From Candidatus Bathyarchaeia archaeon (GTDB lineage: Archaea > Thermoproteota > Bathyarchaeia > Bathyarchaeales > Bathycorpusculaceae): DNA of 64,000 nt. A program made the position numbers and the translations under genes. The stretch is taken from positions 12,411 to 76,410 of the forward strand of contig JAVZNT010000003.1 of NCBI GenBank assembly GCA_038882655.1, written 5' to 3'. The notes below the pieces were generated by a model, which worked only from the letters and a program-made list of their open reading frames with translations, did not search any database and was not told where the DNA came from. Shown here piece by piece: positions 28,350 through 36,434 of the stretch. Every line of letters starts with the position of its first letter. Position 1 is the first letter of the stretch.

Positions 28350-29753
28350 ATGTTCTATATAGAATGCACAGTGTGCGGTGCAAAGTTTGAAGCCTATCCA
28401 CCACAATACAGCTGCAAGAAATGTAGCGGCCTCCTAGAATACAGATGTGATAATGAAACGCTTAAAACCGGAACATTTGTCGGGCCTTTCACTTTTTGGC
28501 GTTACAGGAAGCTTCTGCCAAAGGTCAGAAATGTTGTCTCCATGGGGGAAGGAGGAACCCCACTTATCAAGGCGAGAAGACTTGCCAAAGGTATTGGGTT
28601 AAACAATTTATACTTTAAGGATGAGACGCGAAACCCAACGAATTCTTTTAGGGATAGATGCGCTGCCCTAATTGTTTCCAACGCTGTTGATTTGAAGTAT
28701 AAGTCGGTTGCTTGCGCTACAAATGGAAACCTTGGGGCCTCCTTAGCTGCATACTGTGCAAAGTCTGGATTAACATGCCATGTTGTGGTGCCGAGAAACG
28801 TGGATATGGGAAAACTTGCCCAAATGCTGATCTATGACGCCGTAATTGAAGAGTATGGGGAAATAGTGGATGATTCACTGAAAAGGGCAGATGAGCTAGC
28901 CAAAGAAATGGGCTGGTATCAAGGGTCTGCAGAGTTTAATCCGCTATCAATAGAAGCCCTAAAAACCATTGCCTACGAAGTTTACGAGCAAATTGGCGTC
29001 CCAGACTGGTTGATTGCTTCTATGGGAAGTGGTGGGACGTTATATGCTATTTGGAAAGGGTTTAAGGAGCTTGAAATAAGAGGCGAAGTAAAATCCATCC
29101 CAAAGATGGTTGGCGTTCAAGCTGAAGGCTGTTCACCAATTGTAAACGCGTATATGCAAAATATTCATGAGCTAACTCTCAAAACTAAACCTTCAACTCA
29201 CGCTCTTGCCATCCTCGTTAAAAGGCCGTGGTATGGTAAATTAGCCATCAAAGCAATCAAAGAATCTATAGGAATGGCTATATCAGTTTCAGACGAAGAA
29301 ATTTTCTCTGCGGAACAGGAAATTGCAAAACTTGAGGGTGTCTTCGCTGAACCAGCAAGCGCAGCAACATACGGGGCACTTAAGAAACTTGTAAACCAAC
29401 ATGTAATTGGCAAAAAGGACAAGATTGTATGCTTGATAACTGGAAGCGGACTTAAAGCAACAGACATCCTCCAAATTTTAACTAAGAGAAAGAAAACGGC
29501 TATTGTTGGATTAGAGCTTAGTACAAAAGAGAAAATATTGAGGATCCTATGTGAAAATGATGCTTACGGCTATGAATTATGGAAAAAACTCGGAAAAGTG
29601 ATGACGAGGGCAGCAATTTACCAACATTTAAGCGAATTATCAAAAAACGGGTTGGTCTCAAGTTATGAGAAAGATGGGCGAAAATATTTCAAAATAACAA
29701 AACGTGGAATTAAAGCTATTCATGCATTCGAGGATCTAAAACTTTTGTTATAG
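28350..29753 (+). CDS. threonine-synthase-like (PLP fold type II) protein lacking the Schiff-base lysine, fused to a C-terminal PadR-like winged helix
   Basis: N-terminal zinc ribbon CTVCG...CKKCSG. ThrC-like FKDETRNPTNSFRDRCAAL, where Arg101 (AGG, 28650-28652) replaces the PLP lysine. TNGNLGAS and MGSGGT loops are retained. The C-terminal approximately 80 aa (KILRILCENDAYGYELWKKL...IYQHLSELSKNGLVSSYEKDGRKYFKITKRG) are PadR-like. Confidence 0.75.
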   Translation: MFYIECTVCGAKFEAYPPQYSCKKCSGLLEYRCDNETLKTGTFVGPFTFWRYRKLLPKVRNVVSMGEGGTPLIKARRLAKGIGLNNLYFKDETRNPTNSFRDRCAALIVSNAVDLKYKSVACATNGNLGASLAAYCAKSGLTCHVVVPRNVDMGKLAQMLIYDAVIEEYGEIVDDSLKRADELAKEMGWYQGSAEFNPLSIEALKTIAYEVYEQIGVPDWLIASMGSGGTLYAIWKGFKELEIRGEVKSIPKMVGVQAEGCSPIVNAYMQNIHELTLKTKPSTHALAILVKRPWYGKLAIKAIKESIGMAISVSDEEIFSAEQEIAKLEGVFAEPASAATYGALKKLVNQHVIGKKDKIVCLITGSGLKATDILQILTKRKKTAIVGLELSTKEKILRILCENDAYGYELWKKLGKVMTRAAIYQHLSELSKNGLVSSYEKDGRKYFKITKRGIKAIHAFEDLKLLL

Positions 29754-29787
29754 TTTCCTATTTCATAAAGGGCATAAATTTAAAATA

Positions 29788-29805
29788 GTATAGCTACAGC
29801 TATAC
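29788..29805. promoter_or_regulatory. 8-2-8 perfect inverted repeat directly after a TATA-like element (candidate operator)
   Basis: GTATAGCT-ac-AGCTATAC is preceded by AAATTTAAAATA (29776-29787) and lies 20 nt upstream of the ATG at 29825. Confidence 0.45.
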
Positions 29806-29824
29806 CATTACACGAGGCTTTAAA

Positions 29825-30574
29825 ATGTCATTAAAGTCTGCGAACTTAACAAGGCAGCTAAGCATCACGGCTGTTTTCACAGCTCTTGTTTGCATAGCAA
29901 CAATAAGCTTCACTGTTTATGTGCCAAGCACAAAAGGCTATTTTAACATAGGGGAAACAATGGTTTACACTGCAGCCTTACTTTTCGGGCCTTTTGTAGG
30001 AGCTTTTGCTGGTGGTGTTGGTTCTATGCTCGCGGATGTTTTCTTAGGTTATTACTATTATGCACCAGCAACTTTAGTAATTAAAGCCTCGGAAGGTCTC
30101 CTTGTTGGTTTTATCAGTCGGAAAGGGCAAGTTTTTGCTAGGTCCTATGTCAAGCGTGAGTGGAGAATATTTACAATTGAAATAGGCATACTCGTAGGGA
30201 TGCTCATCAGTCTTATTGGTTTCCTTTACTATAGCGGGCTTGTCGAACTCTATTCAGGCATAGTTTCCATAGAAAACCCAGCATCAACAGTTTTCGTCCC
30301 TGTTGAGTTTTGGTTTGGAATAGGGATTCTTACAGTCATTCTAGTAACAGTTTTAGCCTTAACATCTGAACCAGATTTCAGTTTAACAATGATTGCATGC
30401 ATCTTTGGAGGGTTGCTAATGGTTTTCGGATACTTCCTCTACGAACAGCTTTTCCTTGGGGTGTTTGCTTTCGCAGAAGTTCCCATAAACATTGGACAAA
30501 TGACAGTAGGCCTAATTATTGCAGCACCCATTGTGCGAATCGCGAAGCAAACCTTGCCACAACTTAAAAGCTAA
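29825..30574 (+). CDS. membrane protein resembling ECF-transporter S components (substrate unknown)
   Basis: Six or more TM helices, with an S-component-like pattern IGETMVYTAALLFGPFVGAFAGGVGSMLADVFLG...LVIKASEGLLVGFI. Confidence 0.5.
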   Translation: MSLKSANLTRQLSITAVFTALVCIATISFTVYVPSTKGYFNIGETMVYTAALLFGPFVGAFAGGVGSMLADVFLGYYYYAPATLVIKASEGLLVGFISRKGQVFARSYVKREWRIFTIEIGILVGMLISLIGFLYYSGLVELYSGIVSIENPASTVFVPVEFWFGIGILTVILVTVLALTSEPDFSLTMIACIFGGLLMVFGYFLYEQLFLGVFAFAEVPINIGQMTVGLIIAAPIVRIAKQTLPQLKS

Positions 30575-30599
30575 CCTATTAAAATATTTGCTTGAGGCA

Positions 30600-31631
30600 T
30601 TGAAATTGAAACTGCCATTTGGAAAAGTTCCCATTGAAATACTAAAAGAGGTTATCTTTAAAAATCTTGGATTCAAACGCAGAGAGGTTATCCTTGGACC
30701 ATCAGCTGGCTACGATGGCGCGGTTATAGATTTGGGCGAGGAATCTCTGGTGGCTTCAATGGACCCCATTACCGGTGCTATTGAGCGTATCGGCTGGCTT
30801 GCAGTAAATATCAATGCAAATGACATCGCCACTTTTGGTGTAGAGCCAGCTTTTTTCCTTTCATGCATATTGCTTCCAGAAGACACAGACCGAAAAACAA
30901 TTGAAGTTATATGCCTTCAAATGAATGATGCTGCAAACGATTTAAAAATGGCTATTATTGGGGGGCACTGTGAAGTAACGCCCGGGCTCGCTAATCCTGT
31001 CGTTATAGGATGCGCTTTGGGAATAACAGAAAAGGGGCGTTATGTCACAGCCGGTGGAGCTAAGCCTGGGAACAAACTTATTTTAACAAAAAGTGCTGGC
31101 ATAGAAGGAACAGCCATACTGGCAACTGAACGCTATGATTTGCTCCTAAGGTTAGGCGCCGACGGTAAGCTGTTAAAGTCTGCGCAGAAGTTTTTTGACA
31201 AAATAAGCGTCGTCAAAGATGGCTTAACAGCATTCAAAACCGGCGGAGTTAAGGCAATGCATGACCCCACAGAAGGCGGCGTTCTAGGGGGCATCCATGA
31301 GATGGCAGATGCCTCAAACCTCGGCGTTAAAGTCTTTGAAGAGGAAATTCCAGTGGCAAAAGAAACGGCGGAAATTTGCAGGCTTTTAGGGATAGACCCA
31401 TTGCAGCTGATAAGTTCTGGAGCTATGCTTATTGCAGCAAAACAGGAATACATGGAACTTATCATCGAGAAATTAAGGAAGGAGAAGATTGAAGCGTCCG
31501 TAATTGGCGAGTTTTTGAGCGATTCGAAAAAACGGGTAATGGTTCGCCAAGATAAACGTGAAACAAACCTTCTGCGTCCGGGATGCGACCACTTATGGTT
31601 GGCATTAACAAGTCAAAAAGGAGTAAAGTAA
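30600..31631 (+). CDS. AIR-synthase-related protein (PurM/ThiL/HypE/SelD superfamily, function unknown)
   Basis: GPSAGYDGAVIDL...ASMDPITG...NINANDIATFG...GGHCEV...MHDPTEGG. No HypE-type PRIC terminus. Probable TTG start at 30600, because the track ATG at 30519 overlaps the upstream gene. Confidence 0.7.
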   Translation: MKLKLPFGKVPIEILKEVIFKNLGFKRREVILGPSAGYDGAVIDLGEESLVASMDPITGAIERIGWLAVNINANDIATFGVEPAFFLSCILLPEDTDRKTIEVICLQMNDAANDLKMAIIGGHCEVTPGLANPVVIGCALGITEKGRYVTAGGAKPGNKLILTKSAGIEGTAILATERYDLLLRLGADGKLLKSAQKFFDKISVVKDGLTAFKTGGVKAMHDPTEGGVLGGIHEMADASNLGVKVFEEEIPVAKETAEICRLLGIDPLQLISSGAMLIAAKQEYMELIIEKLRKEKIEASVIGEFLSDSKKRVMVRQDKRETNLLRPGCDHLWLALTSQKGVK

Positions 31632-31670
31632 ATATGCCTATACCTTTTGAAATATGAATTTCGCTGAAGG

Positions 31671-32651
31671 ATGAAAATGTTTCAAAACCTAAATATGGAA
31701 AGAGTTTTTATAACCGGGGGCGCCGGTTTCATTGGAAGTCACCTAGTTGACAGACTATGCGAAATGGGCGAAGACGTTATTGTATTTGACAACTTAAGCT
31801 CTGGCACCGTTGAAAATGTCAAAAAATGGTTGAACATGCCTAACTTTAAATTTATACGTGGTGATTTACTATCTCTGAAAGAGATTATTAAATCCATAGA
31901 AGGATGCGACACCGTTTTTCATCTCGCTGCCAACCCAGAAGTTCGTGTTGGTTCGGAAAACCCTAAAATCCATTATGAACAAAACGTGCTTGCAACGTTT
32001 AATCTGCTTGAAGTAATCCGCAAAGTTGGGCGTGTCAAAACCCTAATTTTCACTTCTTCTTCAACGGTTTATGGAGATGCAATAGCAATACCAACTCCAG
32101 AGGATTATGCCCCACTAAAGCCCATCTCAGCTTACGGCGCTTCTAAGCTAGCTGCTGAAGCCCTCATATCAGCATACGCCAACACATACGGCTTTCAAGC
32201 CATAATATATAGACTGGCAAACATTGTAGGCCAGAGGTCGCAGCATGGAGTCATACATGATTTCATAAAAAAACTCAAAGAAAATCCGAAAAAGCTTGAG
32301 ATACTTGGCGATGGCACTCAAACCAAATCCTATTTACATGTTGAAGACTGTATAGACGCCATTCTGACAGGCTTATATAAGAGCAATGAAAGGGTAGGCA
32401 TATTCAATGTGGGATCTGAGGACCAAGTAGTCGTAGAGGAGATAGCAGACATTGTTTGCGCAAAGATGGGGTTAAAAAGTGTGCAATATGTTTTTACAGG
32501 CGGTGTCGATGGGGGGAGAGGCTGGAAAGGCGACGTAAGGGTCATGCTTTTAAACATTGAAAAACTTAAAAAATTAGGGTGGAAGCCAAAACTGAAAAGC
32601 CGTCAAGCAGTTGAGAGAGCGGTTTCAGAAATATTGCATGCTACACGTTAG
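31671..32651 (+). CDS. NAD-dependent nucleotide-sugar epimerase/dehydratase (SDR family)
   Basis: ITGGAGFIGSHLVDRL (GxxGxxG) and YGASKLAAE (YxxxK). Confidence 0.85.
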   Translation: MKMFQNLNMERVFITGGAGFIGSHLVDRLCEMGEDVIVFDNLSSGTVENVKKWLNMPNFKFIRGDLLSLKEIIKSIEGCDTVFHLAANPEVRVGSENPKIHYEQNVLATFNLLEVIRKVGRVKTLIFTSSSTVYGDAIAIPTPEDYAPLKPISAYGASKLAAEALISAYANTYGFQAIIYRLANIVGQRSQHGVIHDFIKKLKENPKKLEILGDGTQTKSYLHVEDCIDAILTGLYKSNERVGIFNVGSEDQVVVEEIADIVCAKMGLKSVQYVFTGGVDGGRGWKGDVRVMLLNIEKLKKLGWKPKLKSRQAVERAVSEILHATR

Positions 32652-33682
32652 TGTCTTTTTAAAAAGAATCTCACGCTTCGCCACTTGTCCTTAACTATTT
32701 CAATGTTGCCAGCAACGCTTCCATGAATCGAGTAAAAAATGTAACAAAGATATGCGCATCTTTCACACTCACTATATTTTTTTCTAAGGACTTCAAATCT
32801 TTCGCTTTCCCAAAGACTGGGCAATTCGAAAATTGAAGCAACCGGTTCGTGAAGATGGCAGCCGGCAACTTCACCTCGATGATTTATTACAAAAAAATTC
32901 CGCAGCGCACCACATTTCCAGATTCTCTCATTACTCAGATAAAGGTGCTTAACAGCCTCCAAAACTTTTGTTGTAATCAAAATATTGTCATTCTCTCGCT
33001 TCATTTCAAGAAGTGAGTCGCAAACCTTAACCATGGCGTCTCTATCCCTTATTAAGAAAGCATCTTCCGCTTTTCCTATCTTAAAAAGTGAGTTTGAATG
33101 GTCGGGCGCGTCATAGGAATATAGGGAATACCAGACCGGTATTCCTTTGTCTAAGAAATATTTAGTGAAATCAACAATCTCGTAAAGATTTGCTTGCGAA
33201 ATAGTAGGCGTCACGCTTACATTAATTCCTTCCATGTGAAGTCTTTCAACAGCTTCCATAGCTTTTTTCCACGCCCCCTTAACCCCCCTTATGCGGTCGT
33301 TTTTATCCGGGTTTAGGCTGTCTATTGAAATCGCAACAAAATTTGTGTGTCTTAACGCGCCAATGTTTTTAACCGCCAAGCTACCATTATCATAAACTGT
33401 TACAAGGAAGTAACGTGACGCATACTCAATTATTTCGTCGATGTCGGCCCTCAAGAGTGGGTTACCACCAGATATCAAAACCTCCACAACGCCAAGTTTT
33501 CGAAGGATATCCAACCCGCGTTTGACCTTTTCAGTTGATAATTCCTTGTTGTCCTGCTCCCGCCAGACATTACACCCTCTACAACGGTAATTACATTTTC
33601 TCGTAACCATCCATTGCACATGATAAGGCCTATTAGGCGCCAAAACCCGCGAAACAATGCTCAAGGCTTTTCTAATGGACAT
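32648..33682 (-). CDS. radical SAM protein with a Cys-rich (SPASM/twitch-like) C-terminal region
   Basis: CNYRCRGC (CxxxCxxC) near the N-terminus. C-terminal CGALRNFFVINHRGEVAGCH...CERCAYLCY. Confidence 0.8.
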   Translation of the reverse strand: MSIRKALSIVSRVLAPNRPYHVQWMVTRKCNYRCRGCNVWREQDNKELSTEKVKRGLDILRKLGVVEVLISGGNPLLRADIDEIIEYASRYFLVTVYDNGSLAVKNIGALRHTNFVAISIDSLNPDKNDRIRGVKGAWKKAMEAVERLHMEGINVSVTPTISQANLYEIVDFTKYFLDKGIPVWYSLYSYDAPDHSNSLFKIGKAEDAFLIRDRDAMVKVCDSLLEMKRENDNILITTKVLEAVKHLYLSNERIWKCGALRNFFVINHRGEVAGCHLHEPVASIFELPSLWESERFEVLRKKYSECERCAYLCYIFYSIHGSVAGNIEIVKDKWRSVRFFLKRH

Positions 33683-33896
33683 TCACCGGCACCATTTCAA
33701 ACGATTCTCGGTTTTAATGCCCAGTACATCTTTTTAAAGATATAAACTGTACTTTTATGAATAACTTATTTTAGACTTTACTTTAGTATTTAGTGGTTGT
33801 TAAGACCCTGCGAACTTCGTGAATGTGAAGTCGGATTACTTATGCCACGTTGAAGGTTAAAATCATCAGCTTATACAAAAATTAAAGCTCAAAACG

Positions 33897-35027
33897 TTAA
33901 GGCAGCGACTTTTTAAATAGTTGATATATTCCTCCCAAGAGGAATGCCAAGGCTCTTGCGATATCTATTATTGGATAAAGGATTATTCTTCGGTATTTTT
34001 TATCTCTTCTCTTGATGGTCTGATAGCCATAAAAAGCCATAAGCCCAAAAAGTGGAAGCACAAGCGTGACTAGGAGAATTATTTGAGATGTGAAATAACC
34101 AGTTAATAGAATGTGTATTACTAATGCCAAGACTGTTAAACTCCATGTGAGAAAGCTAAGTACGCAGACCAGAAGCCATTTTGAAAATACGCTCTTAATT
34201 CCGAATTTTTTCAACATTAAACCTAAACCTCTTCCATAATTGAAATTTTGCTTCAAAAGCCCCCTTAACGTTGGTCTATGCTTATGCATCACTAAAACCT
34301 CCGGGTCCAAAACCATCTTGTATCCTTCTCTACAGATTCTTTCCACAAGTTCAACTTCGTCAAAACCATACTTAATGTCTTCATCAAACAATCCAACTTT
34401 GTTCAAGACATCACGCTTCAGTCCCATGTTGCAGCCGGCCGGATATTTTTGTGGAGGCTTAATGGAGTCTAATGTTTCTCTTCTTCTAAAAATTCTCATA
34501 ACCGGGATGAAACTTTCATCAGAATATTTGGATAAAAAATTATCATAATACCTGAGAACATTTCCCCCAACGCATCCGACATGCAAATCTCGAAGGTTGT
34601 CGACCATTTTATTTAGCCAGTTCTTTGGTACAATACAATCAGCATCCGTGAAGGCAAGAATTTCTCCAGTACTATTTTTTATGCCGGTATTTCTTGCTGC
34701 ATTTAATCCCGGGCGTTCCTCTAATATGAGTTTAACTGGATACTGTAAAACTATTTCCCTAGTATTATCTGTGGAATTTCCATCTACCACAATAATTTCC
34801 AGACAATTCTTTTCGTAGTTGATTTGCATGAGAGAATCCAAAAGCTCTCTTATATGTGCGGCTCCATTTTTAACAGGAACGATCAATGTAACTTTTGGGT
34901 AATATTTACTCTCTTCACGCAATGGTTGCGCCTTCATTAAATTGGTTTCCTTCTGCAGAATTGTTTTTAAATTTACCGCGTGCTTGAACAACTGTTCATT
35001 TTGAATTTTGCCAGAACTGTTAAACAT
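33897..35027 (-). CDS. family-2 glycosyltransferase with a C-terminal membrane domain
   Basis: TLIVPVKNGAAHI...IIVVDGNSTDNT and AFTDADCIVPKNW. About four C-terminal TM helices. Confidence 0.85.
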   Translation of the reverse strand: MFNSSGKIQNEQLFKHAVNLKTILQKETNLMKAQPLREESKYYPKVTLIVPVKNGAAHIRELLDSLMQINYEKNCLEIIVVDGNSTDNTREIVLQYPVKLILEERPGLNAARNTGIKNSTGEILAFTDADCIVPKNWLNKMVDNLRDLHVGCVGGNVLRYYDNFLSKYSDESFIPVMRIFRRRETLDSIKPPQKYPAGCNMGLKRDVLNKVGLFDEDIKYGFDEVELVERICREGYKMVLDPEVLVMHKHRPTLRGLLKQNFNYGRGLGLMLKKFGIKSVFSKWLLVCVLSFLTWSLTVLALVIHILLTGYFTSQIILLVTLVLPLFGLMAFYGYQTIKRRDKKYRRIILYPIIDIARALAFLLGGIYQLFKKSLP

Positions 35028-35139
35028 ATGCTTTTGCTAACCTTTTAGCCCGCTAATAGTGCTATACGTTTTGTTAAAAGTCTACCTCAAAAGATAAAAG
35101 TTAGCATAAGCTGAAGTGCAGATTTTATCTAGACTCCAG

Positions 35140-35898
35140 TCATGGGTAATCTCTTGAATAGCTAGAGAGAAGTGCTTTTCTGGTTAATATGTAATAGGAG
35201 CCAACAACAAGCCATACGAGAGAAAGTTTAAGGTAGCCATTTTTTTCAAATCTCCTCATTGAAACATAACCCTTCGCGTTGCGAACAAACTTGATTTTTC
35301 CATAATCCCTTAGTTTCAGGGACATGTCCACATCCTCACAGCATGCGTTTTTCTCGGTGAAACCTTCAACTTTTTCGAAAGCAGCCCTTTTAATTGCTAC
35401 GGCTGTTCCCAGTTTTCCGAAACAAGGAGTTTTAGCGTTTCTAAGGATTAGATTTGATAACTCTTCTTTGCTGTATGCCAACCAAGCTTTTAACGCTCTT
35501 TCTTTAGGTAACAGGTCCCCATATGTAGCAATAACTGTTCCATCGCGCAGGTATGGCAAGACGGTGCTAATCCAGTTTGGAGAGAGAGTTATATCTGCAT
35601 CCACAAAGAGAAATACGTCTCCTCGAGCCTCTCTTGCTCCAAGATTTCTTCCCACCGGGATTATGCAGTCTTGAACTATTATTCGGTCAGCATATTGCTT
35701 CGCAATATCAACAGTCTTATCTTTCGAATTTGAATCAACTACAATTATCTCCTTATTGGCATATGTTTGATTCTTTAAAGATCTTAAACAGTCTCCAACG
35801 TAATCTTCTTCGTTACGAGTTGTCACTATTATCGAGACAAGCTCTAACATTCTGTTTTCATTTTGCTTGCTCGGATAATTAAGAATTTTTATGAGCAA
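35140..35898 (-). CDS. family-2 glycosyltransferase (soluble type)
   Basis: VSIIVTTRNEEDYV...IIVVDSNSKDKT and LFVDADITLSPNW. Confidence 0.85.
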   Translation of the reverse strand: MLIKILNYPSKQNENRMLELVSIIVTTRNEEDYVGDCLRSLKNQTYANKEIIVVDSNSKDKTVDIAKQYADRIIVQDCIIPVGRNLGAREARGDVFLFVDADITLSPNWISTVLPYLRDGTVIATYGDLLPKERALKAWLAYSKEELSNLILRNAKTPCFGKLGTAVAIKRAAFEKVEGFTEKNACCEDVDMSLKLRDYGKIKFVRNAKGYVSMRRFEKNGYLKLSLVWLVVGSYYILTRKALLSSYSRDYP

Positions 35899-35987
35899 CT
35901 TAAAAACTTGTTTCTATTTTGGGCAAAATCTGTGGGAAAACCTAAATGCATGTTCGTCTTGATTATCGAGTTGTCAGGTTGGTTGTC

Positions 35988-36362
35988 ATGGCGGAAGAGG
36001 AAGACCCCGTTAAACTCCACAAGGATGGAAATACCCTTTACGAGCTTGGCAAATATGAAGAAGCTAAAGGAAAGTTTTTAAAAGCCTCTGAACTTTACAG
36101 GAAGGCAAATAACTTCTTTGATTCCGCCTATGCGCTTTTCAAGGCTGGTGAATGCGCTTTCATGCTGAAGGACTATGCTGGCGCGGTTGAATATTTCCTG
36201 AAGTCTGCAGAGCTCTCATTTCAAAAGGGCTTTGACAGATTCGGCGTCAGCGCTTTGGAGTATGCCAGAGACTGTTATAAGGCTTTAGACGAAAAAGAGA
36301 AAGTCTCGGAGACTGAGAAGAAGATAAAGGAAGTTAAGGCGAAGCTTGAAGAGTCCTTCTGA
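35988..36362 (+). CDS. small TPR-like helical protein
   Basis: GNTLYELGKYEEAKGKFLKASELYRKANNFFDSAYALFKAGECAFMLKDYAGAVEYFLKSAE. The ATG at 35988 is preferred over the track start at 35946. Confidence 0.6.
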   Translation: MAEEEDPVKLHKDGNTLYELGKYEEAKGKFLKASELYRKANNFFDSAYALFKAGECAFMLKDYAGAVEYFLKSAELSFQKGFDRFGVSALEYARDCYKALDEKEKVSETEKKIKEVKAKLEESF

Positions 36363-36434
36363 GAGTCCGCATCCCCCTTTTTATCGCACTTCTCTTAAAT
36401 AAACAATTTTAAATTCCATCAAACCATTTTTAAC

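Noticed and set aside
33683-33896. Possible C/D-box sRNA on the minus strand of the 214-nt gap (a TGATGA-like box near 33880).
   Set aside because: I found no matching D box (CTGA) at the right spacing and no terminal pairing, so the single box is probably a chance occurrence.
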